Notes under the pieces: generated by a model
What the model was told of the DNA's origin: nothing
The model's database searches: none
The model's input: only the letters and a program-made list of their open reading frames with translations
Made by a program: the position numbers and the translations under genes
Part shown: positions 50,830 to 64,000 of the stretch, in pieces
Numbering within the stretch: the first letter of the stretch is position 1
How the letters are laid out: every line of letters begins with the position of its first letter
DNA from: Octopus sinensis
Taxonomy: Eukaryota
Length of the DNA stretch: 64,000 nt
Assembly: GCF_006345805.1 (NCBI RefSeq)
Contig: NC_043009.1
Location: 11,408,001 to 11,472,000, forward strand
Direction: 5' to 3'

Positions 50830-50925
50830 TGCTGCTATTGTTGTTGCTGCTGTTGTTGTTGTTATTGTTGCCGTCGTCGTCGTTGTTATTACTGTTGTTG
50901 TTGTTGTTATGGTTGTTGTTGTGGC

Positions 50926-50983
<58 letters not shown>

Positions 50984-51135
50984 GTGAGGATGATGTGGAG
51001 GAGGAGGAAGAGAAGGAGGAGGAGGAAGACGTGGAGGAGGAGGAGGAAGAAGAAGAAGAAGAAAAGGAGGAGGAAGAGGAGGAAGAGGAGGAGGAAGAGG
51101 AGGAGGAAGAGGAGGGGGAGGGGAGGGGAGGAAGA
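50830..51135. repeat. Graded triplet array (GTT)n-(GAT)n-(GAG)n/(GAA)n
   Basis: Direct reading. Confidence 0.95.
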
Positions 51136-51949
51136 AGCATGGTTTAAGTGGATGGGTTCTGTTCGCTAACCCTAACCCAGTATTTTCGAATTGCTGCGGT
51201 TTAGGGTTTCTTTTTCGTCTTTTTGCTTTTTTTTTTTGGTTTTTCCTTTAATTTTCTACCCACGGAACCATAAGGATCGTTTGTATGACTAATTCGATTA
51301 CCTTACGCTAAGAGAAGGTAACCTTTAAACCTGCTTGGCACATTACAATATGACTTTGCGAGCGTGTCACTCGCTCATATTTTGAACATAATGGCAACGC
51401 AAGGAATAAAGAAACATGTGCCTCTCATACAAACAGACACAAATGTCAGTTACTCAGTCAAAAAAAAAAAAAAAAAAAGGACATCCATAGGCGTAGGCAG
51501 ACAGTGGCTGTGTGGTTAAGATGTTGACTTTACAGCTACGTGGTTTTAGTTTCATTCCTACAGCGGATATTTTTACTATAGCTATGGTTAAATATCTGAC
51601 ATGACTTACATCTCTTTCTGACACGGATAAAAATATGAATCTCCTAGATTCAATTTTTCTGTTATATTTCTTCTCAAGATCTTTGTATTATGGTTTTTAC
51701 TTCCTGCACTGAAGAGTACGTTTATATTTAATTAATTCAATCATGAATTTACATTATTATTATTATACCTCTGTACGAAACGATCGTCTGCAAGAATTGA
51801 ACTTCTTATATATTTTAACAACTTGTCTCTTCCATGTTTAACTAAATTGATGAGTTTCATGGGAACTCATTCCACAAATTCTCCATATATTATATACAAG
51901 TACTACTTTCATATCTTACACATACATACATATAATATATATATATAGT

Positions 51950-51972
51950 GAGAGAGAGAGAGAGAGAGAGAG

Positions 51973-52068
<96 letters not shown>
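51950..52068. repeat. (GA)n-(GATA)n microsatellite
   Basis: Direct reading. Confidence 0.95.
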
Positions 52069-52199
52069 CCCTGTGTGCTTCTGTTTGTCTTCTTCAACCG
52101 CGGAATTGTTTTTTACACCTCTGTATCTTAGCGACAGCAGCTGTTCGACATTACGGTTTCGTCATTCTGCGAGCACAACAATGATAACAATCCTTTTTA

Positions 52200-52402
52200 T
52201 CATAGGCACAAGGCCTGAAATTTTGGGGGAGGTGACTAATCAATTACATAAACTCCAGTGTTTCAATGGTACTTAATTTATCGACCCCGAAAGGATAAAA
52301 GACAAAGCCGACCTCGTGAAATTTGAACTCAGAACATTGCGACGGGTGAAATACCGCTAAGTATTTCGCCCGGTGTGCTAACGATTTTTCCAGCTCGCCG
52401 CC
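52200..52402 (-). mobile_element. Family B SINE (older subfamily)
   Basis: Head, B box, central motif and old tail. Confidence 0.8.
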
Positions 52403-52454
52403 CTTAATAATAAGAAATAATAAGAAGAAATATTATTATTATTATTATTTTCAC

Positions 52455-52820
52455 TCTAGGCACAATACCTTGAAAATTTTGTGGGGAAGGAGGATAGACG
52501 ATTACATCAACCTCAGTGCGAAAGGATGAAAGGCAAAGTCGACCTCGGCGGAATTTGAACTCAGAACGTAGCTGCAGACGAAATACCTATTTCTTCACTA
52601 CCCACAAGGGGCTAAACACAGAGGGGACAAACAAGGACAGACAAACGGATTAAGTCGATTACATCGATCCCAGTGCATAACAGGTACTTATTTAATCGAC
52701 CCCCGAAAGGATGAAAGGCAAAGTCGATGAAAGGCAAATTCGAACTCAGAACGTAACGGCAGACGAAATACGTCTACGCATTTCACCCGGCGTGCTAACG
52801 TTTCTGCTATCTCACCACCC
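52455..52820 (-). mobile_element. Family B SINE dimer (young unit joined to a headless unit)
   Basis: Junction GAAATAG|GTATTTCGTCTG near 52588, the same as in the 27-kb trimer. Confidence 0.8.
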
Positions 52821-52821
52821 A

Positions 52822-53270
52822 TAATAATAATAATAATAACCATAATAATGATAATAATAATCATTATTATTGTTATTATTATTGCATAGTTTCTCTGTAC
52901 GCCCTGGGCCTTGGACTTGTGCAGAATTTTATTTTGGTTTTGATATTTTACCAAGCAGCTTATATTTTCTTTATAATATGTACATTTGTAATTCTGGGGG
53001 TTTGCTTATGTGTTCGGCACTAAGTTCATTTTTTTTATCATTTCCAAAACACCATTTATTATAGGAATTGTTTCTGTATTCAGATTCTCTTTTGGTCATT
53101 TCTTTTTCCAGATCTTTGTATTTAGATAATTTCTTCATCTCCCTCAGAGACACAATTATTGAACTGTTATGTCGATTAGAAGATATTTCTATTCCTGGAA
53201 GGCCTTGACAACAATATTTGGGCGGTTAACCTTAATCTCTAGTTTGTGTCTATTGTTGTAACCAATTACA
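52822..53270 (-). pseudogene. 3' end of an R4/Dong-like LINE (restriction-like endonuclease) with (TAA)n tail
   Basis: Decayed reading EIKVNRPNIVVK...LLIDITV...SLREMKKLSKYKDLEKEM follows the PD-(D/E)xK RLE pattern. Confidence 0.7.
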
Positions 53271-53399
53271 AGCCAGAGAAACTTGTTGGTGTCTTGTTTA
53301 TCTAGGAGGGAACACTGGATAGGCCGGCGGAAATTTGAATTTCTACATTTCTATGTATTCTTTAGCGATAATATTTCTACAATATTGATTAAAAATTTT

Positions 53400-53802
53400 G
53401 TTACAACACCAGGAATTTCAGAGTAAGAAATAAATCGATTACATCGACCTAAGTGTTCAGCCGGTACTTATTTTATCCAAAAGTATAAAAAGGTAAAGTC
53501 GACCTCGCGGGGTTCAAACTCAAGAACAGACGAAATACAATAAGCATTTTGCCCGGCGCGGTAATGATTCTCATTTCTTTATTGCCCAGAAGGGGCTAAA
53601 CACAGAGAGGACAAACAAGGACAGACAAAGGGATTAAGTCGATTATATCGACCCTAGTGCGTAACTGGTACTTATTTAATCGATCCCGAAAGGATGAAAG
53701 GCAAAGTCGACCTCGGCACAATTTGAACTCAGAACGTAGCGGCAGACGAAATACCGCCAACCATTTTGTCCGGCGTGCTAACGTTTCTGCCAGCTTGCCA
53801 CC
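53400..53802 (-). mobile_element. Young family B SINE (53575-53802) abutting the head of an older B copy
   Basis: Two consecutive B bodies in the same orientation. Confidence 0.8.
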
Positions 53803-54319
53803 CAAGTAAATTTTTACAATACTGATACATAATACGTTCTTTCAGATTCGAACTTGTAAATATTATTTTTGCTGTCATTCACAGTCGGGGAACATCTCTT
53901 GCCTTAATGTGATGTGTGTCTATGAAACACTTGATTCCCCTGTGTAAGGGGACTTCGGGATAACAGCTTTTCGACCTACTGTGCTTAACGTCAGTCGAAG
54001 TTATTCCTACTGATGAATCTCAGAAGAGCAAGAACTCTTAGTTATAGTTTTCAGCAAATAAACTACATGCTGATGTACGCCGACGTCTACCAAACATACA
54101 ATAGTAAATGCGGCGCACGCAGAACAGCAAAATCCAAACAATAACGTATCTATTCATTCGTAATACGTGAATTTAATGTGTATTTTCCATCTTTTGCTTT
54201 TCATTTCTAATGTTGAATCTGAAACATGAAAAAAAAAAAAACGTTTGAAATATTGTTCAGTTCAATAAGCAATGTAAATCTGTGTTCAAGTATCGTTGTC
54301 TCCCACGTGTGAATTATTA

Positions 54320-54326
54320 TTATTAA

Positions 54327-54357
<31 letters not shown>

Positions 54358-54397
54358 ATCATTATTATTATTATTATTATTATCATTATTATTATTA

Positions 54398-54449
<52 letters not shown>

Positions 54450-54450
54450 T

Positions 54451-54498
<48 letters not shown>

Positions 54499-54540
54499 CT
54501 ATTATTACTATTATTATTATTATTATATTATTATATTATT

Positions 54541-54571
<31 letters not shown>

Positions 54572-54584
54572 TTATTATTGTTAT
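54320..54584. repeat. (ATT)n microsatellite
   Basis: Direct reading; it forms the 3' flank or tail of the adjacent LINE. Confidence 0.95.
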
Positions 54585-56268
54585 TCTGAAAGAGTCTCGG
54601 ATAGTTTTTAATTACCGGTTATTCTTTACTTGAAATCAGGCAACAACAAATCACCAACGGTTTCAGGTAGTGCCTTCTCCTGTTACTTGAGACAATACTC
54701 TCCTTAGAATGCGAGCTTTACCCAACAATGTTGTCTTGTTGATCACCTCGTGCCTGACAGCAGCTCCAATATTCTAAATATGTTTTTCAAAGCCCTTGGG
54801 AACTGCTCCAGTTACCACCGGTATTACCATTACTTTTCTCATGCCCTATAACTTTCCTATCTTGTCCCGCAGTGGTTAGTATTTCTTAATCTTTTCTGTT
54901 TCCTTACCTTTCGCCCTAAAATCGTCTGATATCCAAGTCTCCTTTCTACAGTCATTGCCAGGTTCTATTCCAATCAATCTCATCTTTATTCTTCAAGAAC
55001 TGACAGTGTATTTTCTTGTACTGCCAAATTTTCTTCATTTGCTCTCTCTGATCTTTCTTAAATTGTGTTGGATCTACAGCTTCGTTCAGTTTTAAGGTTC
55101 CCTGCATTCTCACTGCTTCAACTATTTCGTCTTTACTCCTCTGTCCCTACACAACATTCACAGCACACCAATCTCCGTCCTCCTTTCCTCATTACATACA
55201 ATCTTGACACATCACTCTTGGTGTGTAATTCCTCGTTCATTGCCATTAATTTACGCGTTCTCCGGTCTGTCTCTCGTATTTCAGGCTTCTTCCAAGTTAC
55301 TATTCTTGCCCCATATCTCATCAAAGCAACCACTCACGTGTTAATTGCTCTAATCATATAGCTGCCATTTAGCTTCGATTGGAGCACAAGCCGATCTCTC
55401 CTCAAATACTCTTTCCTGTACATTGCTTTCATTTTGTGTTCATTCATCTTATCTCTTTCAATGATACCCAGGTACTTGTATCCTTCCTTTATAGTTTCAC
55501 CACTTTCCAGCTTGCTCACATGGCTTTTACTGATTTCCTCCCTTTTGACAATCATTACACCACATTTCTCGATCCCAAATTCCATGCCAATATCTTTACT
55601 TATCATCTGCACAGTTGCCGCAAACTCTCAATTTCTTTCTCAGTCTTAGCGAATAGCTTTAGGTCATCTATAGACCACAGCTTGTTTACTTTCACCCTGC
55701 CGAACATGTACCCCAATCGCACCTTTCTTAAAGGAGTCCTTTTTTGATATTTACCTCTCCCAGCTTATTTCCCTATGCTGTGAGTTCAGTTCACCATGTT
55801 GTCATTGAGTTTTGTATTAACTTCAGGATATTTTGGGAGACCTTAAGCAGTTTAAGTCATTCAATTATCCACGAGTGTGGGGCCATACCATAGAATTTTC
55901 TGTAGCCCACCCATGTCATCACCAAAGTTTTGTGTCTCGTCTTGCAGTCAGCCAGGACAGTCTTATCGATTAGTAATTGATCTTTCGTTCCTCTGCTCCT
56001 ACGTCTACACCCTTTATGTTTCACTGATAGTAGGCCGTTCTCATCTAGGTACTTATAGAGGCTGTTTGATACGATGCCCATCATCAGTGGCAAAGAAGAT
56101 ATTATTCGGAAATTTCCAACCACATTCCCTTTACTTGGGTCCTTCTGGCATTGTACCGTTCTTCCTTTTGCCATCCAAGCCGGTACTTAGATGTCACTAC
56201 TCAGTATTTCGTCCATCTGTCTCGCAGTTCTCCTGTGCAGAGCTGTCAAGTTTTTAAGCCAAAAGCAT
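54585..56268 (-). pseudogene. 5'-truncated, internally deleted R4/Dong-like LINE (RT plus RLE)
   Basis: Fragments read [10 protein letters not shown]...[74 protein letters not shown] and KVMVIPVVTGA...TLLGKARILRRVL. Confidence 0.88.
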
Positions 56269-56285
56269 GTTTATTATTATTATCA

Positions 56286-56334
<49 letters not shown>

Positions 56335-57009
56335 GCACTGGATTGACAGATTCATTAGTTTCGGTCAAAATGATTTGTGGTAATTGTTTCTGCTCGTACC
56401 TCCTCAACTTAAAATTTGCGGAGCTCCATTTTGCCTTTTATATTTCTTGATCGATAAAATACAGAAAGAACCAAGTATTCCATCGATATAATCGGCAAAG
56501 CCCGCCCACCAAATTGCTGGCCTTCTATTAGAAACGATTACTGCTGTTATTAAAATGAATGTCGGAACTATACTAGTATGGAACAAAATTCTTATTACTG
56601 CCGTTTCTCAAATTCAGAAGAATATGATGAACTCCAGTTAACATCACCCGAGAAAACCACATGTTTTAGCATCAGCAAAACTGCCATTAATAACAGAAAC
56701 AACAACATTGCCATCGTTATTATTGCATTTTTTTTTCTGATGGTGTTTCAAATTTGAAATTACAGTTGTTCTATGTTGCTGGTATTTTGTATTTTGCGGT
56801 TATCAAATATTTGGAATTTAATTCTGTTGCATTTGTAATCAAGATCGTGGTGGCAGTGAACGAATAGAAACAGAACAAAAGCAAGAGCCAAAAAAAAGAA
56901 AGGAAAAAGGAGAGAAAGAGTTGGAATTAAAGAAATGGAATGGAGGAAGAAGCGAGAAATGGAATCGTAATTGAAGATTAATACCGAAGAACACACAGTA
57001 AAGAAAAAT

Positions 57010-57015
57010 GATAAC

Positions 57016-57095
<80 letters not shown>

Positions 57096-57150
57096 TAATA
57101 ATAATAATAATAAAATAATGATAATAATAATAATGATAATATTAATAATG

Positions 57151-57181
<31 letters not shown>

Positions 57182-57183
57182 TA

Positions 57184-57244
<61 letters not shown>

Positions 57245-57248
57245 TGTT
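57010..57248. repeat. (TAA)n microsatellite
   Basis: Direct reading. Confidence 0.95.
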
Positions 57249-57714
57249 ATGAATAAATAAATGATTAAAACAAAATGCAAATAACTATGTTTAACGTCGG
57301 TTAACAGTTTTGTGTTTCAGTTAAAAATCAATGTTGCTCACTAGGAAATAATCATAGTCATCATTTGTAAATTCAAGCTGAATCGTTTGAATTTCATCCG
57401 CATGTTTCCATTCACTTAAATGAGATTTCAAATATTAAAACAACAATCTCTGATATAATTTATCACCTGTGTTTTTCCTCTCTCTTCGGATAATTATATG
57501 GACATAACTGATTGGCATCAAATCTCTCCTCATCACACGCTAGCTTCTGCTGTCTCGTTGGCATCCTCTCTTTTCTATTGCTTTTCCTACTGGCCCCTTC
57601 CCCTCGGAGCTAGTTGGTCTTACACTACCTCTATATAAAAAAAAGACATTCCCAGCAATTCCTCTCTGCATCTCTTGGCTGCATGTTGTATATCACAAAG
57701 TATCTCACTAATCA

Positions 57715-59205
57715 TAACACCCAGGTCTTAAGTCCTCCTGCGTCGTGTGGCGCACTGGGTGGCAAGTCTTCTCCAAAGTGGTCGGTCGACAGAGGCCAAT
57801 TCAGCTTCATCTCATGAAATGTCAATGGCTTTGAGGACATCGATGAAGGTGCAGCGCCAAGTCGCTTTTGCTTGCCTTTGTTTTCTCTTGACATGCAGAG
57901 GCTTTCACTAAATGGCGGTTTTCGCATGCTGCGACGATGGTAATCGAAGGACATGGCCTGCGTCATGGAGTGGACGGTATCAGTTCGGCGGCGAGCTGGC
58001 AGAAACGTTAGCGCGCCGGACGAAATGCTTTGTAGTATTTCGTCCGCCGCTGCGTTCTGAGTTCAAATTCCGCTGAGGTCGACTTTGCCTTTCATCCTTT
58101 CGGGGTCGATAAATTAAGTACCAGTTACGCACTGGGGTTATGTAATCGACTTAATCCGTTTGCCTGTCCTTGTTTGTCCTCTCTATGTTTACCCCCTTGT
58201 GGGTAGTAAAGAAATAGGTATGATATTCGCAGTATCTGCTGGAGGCATCGTAGCTGAAATTCATTGAATCTTCGCGCGATCTTTGCCGATGTCTTCCGCG
58301 TTTCCACCGCGTATATTGTCTGTAGAATGATGATGCTGTTGAAGAGGCGCTCCTTGGTCTTGGCGGAGATCGCCCTGCCTGCCCAGATGGGTTTGAGTCT
58401 TTGAAAGATAGCCGAGCGAGGCCTTCCTAATCCGGCAGGCAACACCGAGTTCGGTGTCTCCGTCGTTGGCCACGACGCTGCCCAAATAGGTGAACTCATC
58501 AACTTCCTCGATTTGATGTTGTCCATTCATCAAGGGGACGCCATTGTTGTTCGCATGGACATATCCAATCCTCATGATCTTCGTCTTGTTTGCACTTATG
58601 CGGAGTCCGATCTTGGCTGCCTCCCGTTCCAATCTCTCTGTCATTGTGCGAATGACATTCTTCGTCGCTCCGAGAGGCGCGATGTCATCGGTGAAGTCGA
58701 GGTCAGTCAAGAGCCCCGGCGCACACCACAGAATCCCGAATCCACGTTGGCGCATCGACTCGCGCGTGACGAAGTCGATCACCATAAGAAATAGGCGAGG
58801 GGATAGAATGCACCCTTGCCGTACTTCGGTCTCAATGGCAAAGTAGTCTGTATAGCCCGTCTCTGTTCGAGCACAGCACCAAGACTCGTGGTACAGGCTC
58901 CGAAAGGCGTTGACGAAATGCTCAGGAATGCCGAAGTCACGAGCGATGCACCACAATGAACTACGAAGTACGCTGTCGAATGCCTTGGCAAAATCAGTGA
59001 AAATGATTGATTGCCGTTACTGATATTCCAGGCTTCGTTCGATAATGTTGCTCAACGTGAAGATTTCTTCATTGCACGACAGTTCGCATCGAAAACTGGG
59101 TTGTTCTCGGGGCCTCTCATGCACCGCCTCTTTCAGCCGTCTTAAGAGGACGACACCGAAGACCTTCCGAGGACAGATAGAAACATACCCCCCCCCTCCA
59201 ATTAT
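57715..59205 (-). pseudogene. 5'-truncated RTE-clade LINE, RT domain to C-terminus
   Basis: IFTDFAKAFDSV, VRQGCILSPRLF, LDFTDDI (catalytic FADD-like), KIGLRISANKTKIM, FTYLGS, GHVLRLP...WRRLATQC. ORF 58261-58956 is the longest intact stretch. Confidence 0.92.
57987..58217 (+). mobile_element. Young family B SINE inserted in the RTE element
   Basis: Full-length B copy with a degenerate TSD, GTATCAGTTC / GTATGATATTC. Confidence 0.92.
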
Positions 59206-59454
59206 TGTAATCGGCAAGGATTCCTTTCTTTGGGTGCTTGACGTAATGTCACACCTCTGAAAAATTATTTCCTTTACATTTTTGCCCTGCAGCTGTTGAT
59301 AAGTGCTTGTTCACGACGAATATTATCTGCGTGGATTTCACCGCGTGGATTTTTGAACACTTTCGAAGATCGCGAAAACAAGAGTTTTCTCCAGATTAAT
59401 CCAGTGCCAAAAACTGATTGAGACCATGGAACTTTGAAAAAGATAACACAATCT

Positions 59455-59705
59455 ATCTTTTCTATTTTATCGTTTACTTGTTTCAGTTATAAGACTGCGG
59501 CTAAGCTGGGGCACCGCATTGAAGAATTCTTAGTCAAATGAGTACTTACTTCCTTTCTAAAATTGACACTCATTCTATCGGTCTCTTTCGCCGAACCGCT
59601 AAGTTACAGACACAAAGACAAACAAACAAACATAAACATACATACATACACACATAATATATATATATATATAAATATATACATATATACATACACACAC
59701 ACACA

Positions 59706-59748
<43 letters not shown>

Positions 59749-59911
59749 GACTGGTTATATGACTGGTTTTATTGCAGTTTCCTTCTACCAAATCCACCTC
59801 ACAAGGCTTTGGTCGGCCCAAGGCTTTGATAGAAGACAATTGTCCAAGGTGCCACGCAGTTGGACTGAACACGTAACCATGTGGTTGGGAAGGAAATTTC
59901 TTACCACACCT
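59455..59911 (-). mobile_element. Older family A SINE
   Basis: Diverged head, body and tail. Confidence 0.75.
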
Positions 59912-60269
59912 GCGTCTATTTACATATTTTAATCATGAAACACTCAGTAAAAGAGCAGAGATACTGCTCAGAGTTTAGTAGACTTCCTCATAAGGTAGCC
60001 CCTTGTATCACTAATTCATTCATCACTAATTCGGTATAAAACTGTATGCCCAATTGTGAACCATGTTACTCATCATGGAATGCTCTGTGATTATACAGGT
60101 CGCTGATCAATCGAAGATTCTGCTTGTACCGCAAAAAACGTGCCCCAGCTACCACTCACAAGGATCAGCTAATCAGAAAGCACTGACTTTCGCTTGTATT
60201 TCGTTGGCCGTATCGCCGGGATGCGTATTTTTAACACAGATTCATACCCTCATACTCATCAACATAGAA

Positions 60270-60480
60270 CCAGTGAAGAGAAGAGATCAACAAAATACAT
60301 GATGGTAGGAGTTCGGAGCTATCGACCGCGATTTTGGTGTCAATGAATCAACCATTCGTTCCGTTAAGAAAGTGGACAAGGATGATTCATTTATTATAGT
60401 TTCCGCACCCACCAACCGCGTGAGAAGCGAACACAAATGAAGTGAAATGAGCTGAAGCACTATTATTCAGCGGATTCAAG
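60270..60480 (+). pseudogene. Tigger/pogo transposase N-terminal HTH remnant
   Basis: After a frameshift it reads DGRS/GAIDRDFGVNESTIRSVKK, matching the AIARxFxVNESTIRxIxK pattern. Confidence 0.5.
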
Positions 60481-61289
60481 TACATCAAACTAGAACTCAT
60501 ATACTGGATTTTTCTCGATGTAAATATTTGGTGTTCTATGTAGCAAGAAATTAGAAAGAAGAAACGGGATTTTCGATGGAAGATTCTTGCACTATATTCA
60601 AGGAATTACTTTTGCCTAATGCGAAATAAAACCCGAACTAAGAAATGATTATTAATCTTGAGATTCGCGAGGAGATAAACTACATGAAGGATAAGAAGAT
60701 CTGGATTGAGTGTGTTTAAAATCACTTAAAATTATCCTTGAATATTCAATAAAGAGAAGCTAGTGATAGATATAATGTGAGAGATATAATATGTGCTGTC
60801 ATCCATCAAGGTTAATCAATGAAATATATCTAATATACAATACTTCCATCGTCTTTGATACTCTCCGAATATAATGGGATATTGTGTATAATAATAATAT
60901 CCTATTATACAATGAAACTCTTAAGCTTATAATATGCATGATAGATTAACGGGGAATCTTACCTCTGACAATATATAAAACATTTTTCATGACACCAGCA
61001 AGCAAAGTGGAGAAGACGACGGAGATTTAATTGATATTCATTATGGAAACTTTATATAAACTACGTGTACTTTTCTCACTATTACTCAACCGGCCCTGTG
61101 CTGGTTTGCTGAATAAAATGCGTTAAATATGATATGAAAAATTATAAATTTTGAATGCTACATTCTAAAGGCGATCTCACATATAAAGCATTGACAAAAC
61201 TGCATAGCAACTCCTTCCATATTTAGATCCAGAAAATAACATCAACTTACATCAACTGTTCGGGACTTATAGAGATCAAATAATTAACG

Positions 61290-61770
61290 TTCTATTCTCT
61301 GCTGTTCTCTGTCTGTGACATCATCTTTAACATGCACAAAACTGCTTTAGAAATACTATGCTCATTTTTGAGCACAGTACACTATATTCCTTATCGTACA
61401 GCTCCCATACATGGATAGGTGCAGATTCATAGTTTCTTCTAATAACCACTTCTAGTGCCTGGCCTATCGGTGCTTCTGTTATCCTTCTGCTGTTATCCTG
61501 TAATTCTTAATCTTTCTGTCTCCACAAAACCTAAGGAATTACAACCGTGTTTCGTGGTCTGCTACCACAACAGCTCCTTTATAGGATCCAGCTAGCTCAA
61601 GACATCATCAGGAGGAACCACGTCCGGTTTTGGCCCCTACTCCTCTACCGTTTTCACGTGGCGGACCCCTCCTCCTTTCGGAGGTGTCTTCAGCTCTGGT
61701 GTTGGGTGCATGGCTTCTTTCTTCTGTTCCCTGGTCTCTTCGATGTATCTCAGCGAGTGTCAGCCGGTGA
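61290..61770 (-). pseudogene. Heavily decayed APE-endonuclease-like LINE fragment (tentative)
   Basis: Scattered motifs in expected order across frames (EETR, GRGVG, APIG, FLKQFCA) in a locally GC-richer stretch. Confidence 0.35.
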
Positions 61771-62399
61771 CTGACTGACTTGTCAAATTTTTCCCTTTAA
61801 ATACTTTGGTAGAACTGTTATGGAATTCTATTCCTGATTAGCGTGGTGTTTGTTTGTCTTTTGTTTTCCTATTCCTGTTTTACCTCATGCCATTTAACTA
61901 GGTCAATGGGATTTGAGAATGAATTTGTTGATATTTCTACCGCATCGAACAACCACGTAGCGGCTGTATTGGTGGCTCTCAATGAACGTCCAGTCTTCAT
62001 CCAAATCGCTCTTGCTCTTTGTATTTTTTATTCTCTAGATTAAACAGGAAATAGAGTAGAATTTTGTCAAGTACACTCGCTCTTTGTCTTTTATTTATGT
62101 AGGTTAAAAAAGAAATAGATGAAGTAGTATTTATCAAGTATGCTCCTTTAAGGCTGCTCGTAATGCGTAGAATGAAAGTAGACCCTTTCTGGTACAATGA
62201 CGTGCTGCAAAAGATTCTAAAGTTCATTATCTGGATTTACCCTACTTAACATTTACTTTGCATCACATGTTCATACACATACAGACTATTAGGTAAAATT
62301 ATAAATATACAAATGACTATATACAAATGTAGACACTATATAAGTTTCAACGTGTAATCATAAACAAGTGGATCGAATGCACACGTAAACAGACACGGC

Positions 62400-62419
62400 C
62401 ATGTGTATACATACATACA

Positions 62420-62453
<34 letters not shown>

Positions 62454-62535
62454 CAAACATACATACATACATACATACATGCATGCATGCATGCATACAT
62501 ACATACATACATACATACATACATACATACATACA

Positions 62536-62583
<48 letters not shown>

Positions 62584-62605
62584 CATACATACAAACATAC
62601 GCTAT
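62400..62605. repeat. (TACA)n microsatellite
   Basis: Direct reading. Confidence 0.95.
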
Positions 62606-64000
62606 ACATTTATTCATTCATTTATTTATTTATACGCATGTACGCACATAAAATATATGCATACATATAAGCAAACATGCATAAATAGAGAAGTAAAGTT
62701 TATAGTTTAAACAGGATTGCAATCTCAATTTATCCTCAAAGACAACTTTTACTTTGTTGAATGGTAAATTTTCAACAATAATCACTCACACATACACAAA
62801 TATACGCGTACATAATGTATAAATCCATACATACCTACGTGTATACATACACTATACACTCGTAATTACATCTATCAGACTTCCTAAATGACTGTTTATT
62901 CTCCTGCTCACATTCACAGAAGAAACACTTTATTCTCATAAGTGTAGCGATATTTATCTCAAACTTGAATATACTATAACCACAGACGTTACAAAAAAAA
63001 AACGCATCACTGGACAATCATAATTTTAGCAACACAGCAAAAGAACCGAGGGAAAACAACATCGTAAAAGTATGTAGAATGTTATTAGCTGTAGATCGAA
63101 ATTCTAAATTATGCTTTTGTTAGAGTTATGAACTCAGTAATAACTTGTATAATTGCTGTAAACTAGCAAATGATTCCTCAGCTGTCTGTTAAATAGAATT
63201 AAGTTATACTAAAATGAACTTCAGACAGCACTAAATTATTTCATCACATGCAATAACGCTAGCAAGCAACATTTTTTCTAACACTAAGGGGCAATTTGCT
63301 GCTGGAAAGTAATTTCTTGCACAAAATTTAAGACAGCACTCACATAACAATAAATAGAAATTTTTTGACGAAACATACATTTAGTATTTATGAGAATGTG
63401 TGCTATAACATATCAGACTCCGACTGCAAGTATGATAATAGGCGTACTAAGTACTAGGTGAGCTCATATATAAAGAATTGAAATTTGAATGAAGAATTAT
63501 TCCATTTATAAAACTCTTATTTCATTACAGAACATTTAAAACTGGTAATGATAATGTTGCTAAGTGATATAGGGGCATAAATATTAGTGAGAGAATATAA
63601 GCCTCACAATTTGAGCAAATAATTCTCATTTTATAATCCCTTTTCACAACTTTCAAGTAGTATGTTAAAAGATCTTGAAGATGTAAGCAATAATGAAATC
63701 TAAAAAAATTAGAACAAGGATCATAAGAAAAAAATCGATAATCTACTGAAGATTCTCATTTATACAGCGATATTCAACAATGGCAAACAGTAAAATAACT
63801 ACACTTATTACAAACAACGTTTAAGAACTGTTTGGTAATCTGTAAAGCAAGAGCACTTAAGCATAAACTGATACTCTTCAAATAAACCTTAAAAGCCGTT
63901 ATTGAGAAGTACGACTATCAGAAAAAGTTAGATGAAAGAAAATTAACTAAGGATAATAGTCTAGAGTGCAAAAGAAAACAATTCAGGAGAAAAATTCTCC

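Noticed and set aside
54005-54050. CTGATGAATCTC...GAGCAAGAACTC hammerhead-like motif
   Set aside because: GAAA is broken and stem I does not pair; at best a decayed remnant.

Overview
AT-rich eukaryotic DNA, almost entirely non-coding and dense in microsatellites and retroposons. The tRNA-headed SINE families and (TA)n/(CA)n/(TATC)n load resemble an octopus (coleoid cephalopod) genome; this is inferred from recalled repeat families, not from a search. I found no intact host gene, rRNA, true tRNA or CRISPR array, and nearly all supplied ORFs are microsatellite or SINE read-throughs. Recognisable content: (1) several tRNA-derived SINE families, named A-E here as working labels; (2) decayed LINE fragments of the RTE, R4/Dong and CR1-like clades; (3) pogo/Tigger and mariner remnants plus a perfect-TIR mariner MITE; (4) Penelope-like, partially tandem non-autonomous repeats. 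The most interesting signals are a tandem 266-nt unit that folds as a type I hammerhead-like ribozyme with a built-in antisense arm (18.2-18.7 kb, retrozyme-like), a SINE family that repeatedly nests into itself or forms multimers, SINE head/tail modules that swap at a common TGAGT junction, and a SINE that shares its 3' tail with a CR1-like LINE in the same window.
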